Positions 60,648 through 64,000 of a DNA stretch of 64,000 nt are shown here, in pieces (positions within the stretch are counted from its first letter, which is position 1; every line of letters begins with the position of its first letter). Made by a program: the position numbers and the translations under genes. The DNA is from Utricularia gibba (Eukaryota; Plantae; Magnoliophyta): assembly GCA_002189035.1 (NCBI GenBank), contig NEEC01000008.1:930001-994000 (forward strand). Direction: 5' to 3'. The notes beneath the pieces are model-generated. The model was not told the origin of the DNA. It saw nothing but the letters and a program-made list of their open reading frames with translations, and searched no databases.

Positions 60648-63533
60648 ATGTTCACGCTTAAAATCCATACCGTTGACTTCCCTCGGCCGTTGCAGTCCCC
60701 TGCCGTCGCCGCCGCTGATTTTCCGAATCTAAAGCCGGCGGAGTTGATGAGCGTTGCGCATCTGTTCCGTCAACTTCCTTCTCCCGACGCGCCTCCGGTC
60801 ACTATTGCGAACGTTTATGCTCGGACCACACTGCTATTCGTTGTAGCCGTCCCCAACTATATGCCATCTGATGATTTCTTAGCTTTCTGCGAGAATCACG
60901 TTGCACATTTTACCGAGATTCTTTTCCTTAGGTATGGAGTTTGGTGAATGTAATGGGGTGTTTCTTTCCTTTTAATTTTCCATTGTGCGAATTGCTAAGC
61001 TAGATTGGGTTCAGTTTTTTTCTGGGATCTTATTTCGACCAAAAAGCGTAAATGGTTTAGAGAATATGCATCCAAATGACTTGGGTAAAAAAACAGGAGT
61101 GTCTTCTCGGGGAGAAGAGGAATGTTGAAGGTGAGATTTGGTGCAAGTTAAGACGCGGCACCGTGCTGTTGTGGTGTGGTGCCGCGTGGCTGTGTTTTAT
61201 TCCGAAGAAAATGTTGCAAAAAATGTCACACTCGAATTTTTGTTGTTGTTGTTTAGGATGCAGATAAAGAACCTTAGCATTTCTGTTGATGGTTCTCTGT
61301 ATTGGAACTTTTTTTTCTCAGGAATGAAGAGATGGATGATAGATACAGCGTGTTAATCAGATTAGATAGTCAGCTTGCAGCTGATGCTTTCTACTGTAGT
61401 TTTCAGGGCAAAAGGTTCAAGCCACCTGACGTGAGTTTTCATTCCATGCATTTGATCTAATATTGCTGTTGATTTTTGAATAATGCGGGTTTTTTTTATT
61501 TGGCAATCACCTTTCCAGCTTGAAGTTTGCCATATTTACTTTGCTCAGTCTTTTGAGTACACTGAATCTGCTGAATTTGCAAGTGAGCCTCCTCTTGGTT
61601 ACACCGAATTGCCCTCCTGCCCAGTTTGTATAGGTAAGTTAATTTGTTCACTGGACGCCTTATTCTTCATAATTTATGTAGAGGTTTATTCATATGTTTC
61701 TTATAGATATGCCTTTCATGTTAACTGGATAGTAATACCATCCTGAAAATAATGTTTAGCGTTCGTGGATGATTTATATTTAGCTTAAATCTGATATTTT
61801 AATGGATGCATCAGAGAGATTGGATCCTGAGAGTAGCGGAATTCAAAGTGCATACTGCAACCACTCTTTTGATTGTTCTTGTGCTTTGAAGTGGACTTAC
61901 TTATCTTGTCCGGTTAGTTATACAACTTTTTTTTGTTTAAATATAATCTTTTTGTTTCTAGCAGTTTTCTTACTGTTGTGGTATATTGTGATTTGATTTT
62001 GTTCTGCAGGTATGCCATCTTTGTCAGGATAAAGAAGAAAAGCCAGCTTGTTCTGTTTGTGGAACTCTTAAGAACCTGTGGATCTGTTTGATCTGTGGTT
62101 TTGTTGGTTGTGGAAGGTGACTCTCTCCCTCCCTTTCTTTCTCATCCGGTGGCTGCTGGTGCCTTGCTTGAGGCATTTTTTTGTTATTCTCTGTCTGATT
62201 TAACACTTGCTTTATCTAGATATGAAAAAGGCCATGCTAGTGAACACTGGAGGTATAAGAAACATAATTTTTCTCTTGAACTGGAAAAACAAGAAATCTG
62301 GGACTATGCTGGAGATAAATATGTTCATCGGCTGTATCATTCAAAATCTGGAGGAAAATTAGGCGTTACAAATTTAAGGTGCAGCTCGCACAAGGAGTGT
62401 GCGGCATGTGCATGCAATGAAGAGGAAGGATTGGATAATGCTCTTTTTATCAGTAAAATTGAAGGGGTACCTATTTTAAAAAAATGTTTTGTTTCTGCAA
62501 TACCTTTCCATAAAATTCGTCTAAAGTTCCTCTTTATTTTTTAGCTGATATTCGATATCTATCTTTCTTGTCTTTTGACTAGGATCAGCTGTAGCTTTAT
62601 ATTTGATTCCTTTTGGGTTCAGAGTTGCTGATGTTGATAACAGTATTGTGAATACCTATTTTTACATGATCTGGTTTCCAGATTCTTGACGAATACAACC
62701 GTCTCCTTACAAGTCAGCTGGATATACAAAGACAAGTAAGCGCAACTCCAATAGTGTTGATATTGTATGCTGACTTGGCGGGAAATAACCGGAAAAACAC
62801 GTTCAAAACTAAGATTACAGTTGCTTTTTCAGTTGTAAAAAGCCTTGATAGCAATCCTTTTTGCAGCACTATCAAATGTTGCTTGCCGAAGCCAATAGTG
62901 ATAAGGACATCTCAATAGAGAAAGCAGTTGAGAAAGCTGTATTCTCAAAAACACATGATCTTGCGTCCAAGTTAGAAGAACTCTCTGAAGAAAAGAACGC
63001 TGCTATGATTGTATGTAGCATTGTTTCACTTTCTGAATTTGCTCATTTTCAGTGTCACGTCCAACCATGTGCATTTGTAATATATTTTCTCTGTTGTGTT
63101 CCAGCGGAATGAAGATCTTATGAAGCAGCAAGAGTTGCTCCAAACTAAGTTCAAAGAAGCTGAAGAGAGGTGACTTTTTTCATAAAATTCATTCATTATG
63201 TTCTCTCAAAACTTCAGGCTTACTATCTATTTATGCATCAATAGGGAAAGGGTTCTTGAGAGTACGCGGGATGAAAAGATTTCAGATTTACGAGAGCAGG
63301 TACGTAACCACTGAAGCATATCTCAGTTTATCCTTGTGTTGAAAGGATGCTGAACACTCCTATACCTTGCATAGATAAGAGACATGAAGGTTTATATTGA
63401 AACCCAACAAATGCTGATTAGGGGATCAGAATCAGGTGAAATTAGAGGGGGGACTATTCTATCAGTTGGATCAACCATGCCTGGCTCTAGCAACCCAAAG
63501 AGACGAATAAACACTGGGCGTCACAGAAAATAA
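60648..63533 (+). CDS. BRIZ1: BRAP2 RING ZnF-UBP domain E3 ligase
   Basis: TLLFVVAVPNY, ELPSCPVCI/ERLDPESSG...CNHSFDCSC, NLWICLICGFVGCGR/YEKGHA, IWDYAGDKYVHRL, coiled-coil tail. Confidence 0.9.
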
Positions 63534-63629
63534 GGTTTGAGATCATAGTTATGCGGTTCGATCTTTGCTTTCATCTCTAATAGTTTTGGCAGTATTTGTA
63601 TGTAAGCCACTTGTACTCATGCAGTTGCA

Positions 63630-64000
63630 CAAGAATCAGCTACGTCTTCTGACCCAGGGCCTGCTTCACTTTTGGGGGATGAATTAGAAATGTGTGCAGT
63701 TTTGTAGTACTGCACTTGATCCTGGATTTTCCAGAACGAGCTGAATGAATCATCAGACGTCATAACAGTTCATTTTTATGCAACTAACTCAAATTCACCA
63801 GTATGCAACATGTCAAAAACTTGGATCTCCCTCCTCCCCATGATCTTGTATACGTCTTCCAAGGCATTGATTCCAGTGGTGTCTATGTCCACCACACCTG
63901 AAGCATTGGAAGAGAAGTCAAGAAGGATACCGAGATGGAGTAGCTCATAATTGGAGAAGACTATACAACAACGCTTCATCCATGCCAATGGTACTTTTCG
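63630..64000 (-). CDS. SULTR: 3' end (STAS domain) of a sulfate transporter, partial; last exon looks degenerate
   Basis: Exon VVDIDTTGINALEDVYKIMGRREIQ, then intron, then LVLENPG, matching the SULTR STAS end. Confidence 0.7.

Noticed and set aside
61061-61130. Possible poison cassette exon in BRIZ1 intron 1
   Set aside because: The donor is good but the acceptor lacks a pyrimidine tract, so it is unsupported without transcripts.
1-64000. rRNA, tRNA, CRISPR arrays, conserved miRNA families, organellar insertions
   Set aside because: None recognised by eye. tRNAscan-SE, Rfam and miRBase searches would be needed to exclude them formally.

Overview
Plant (eudicot-like) nuclear genomic DNA. Bases 1-6879 are a decayed Ty3/gypsy Tat-clade (Retand-like) LTR retrotransposon on the minus strand, running off the left edge. 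It retains its 5' LTR, a tRNA-Lys-type PBS, gag-PR-RT-RH-aRH-INT remnants, a repeat-rich spacer and an antisense extra ORF. From about 7.3 kb to the end is gene-dense euchromatin with short introns: 18 complete protein-coding genes plus the 3' end of a sulfate transporter. In order they are DEG9, DSS1, a PGM-family gene, SIS3, PEX14, an APY7-like apyrase, a His-rich unknown, a BIR6-like PPR, LNK2, an F-box/SNF2/CW/RING gene, an A20/AN1 SAP, RPL31, a NAK kinase, EML, CNX2, an MFS transporter, an ELI1-like DYW PPR, BRIZ1 and SULTR. I see no convincing wholly new biological system. The best second-look items are an in-frame nonsense codon 66 codons before the end of PEX14, a spliced ORF-less transcription unit converging on PEX14, a U12-type intron in SIS3, a GC-AG intron in the kinase, and a pre-miRNA-like hairpin. 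Three -1 frameshifts all fall in short G/C homopolymers and are most likely assembly errors. Gene identities come from recognising motifs by eye and from remembered homologues, and exon boundaries were read manually. No alignment or database search was run.
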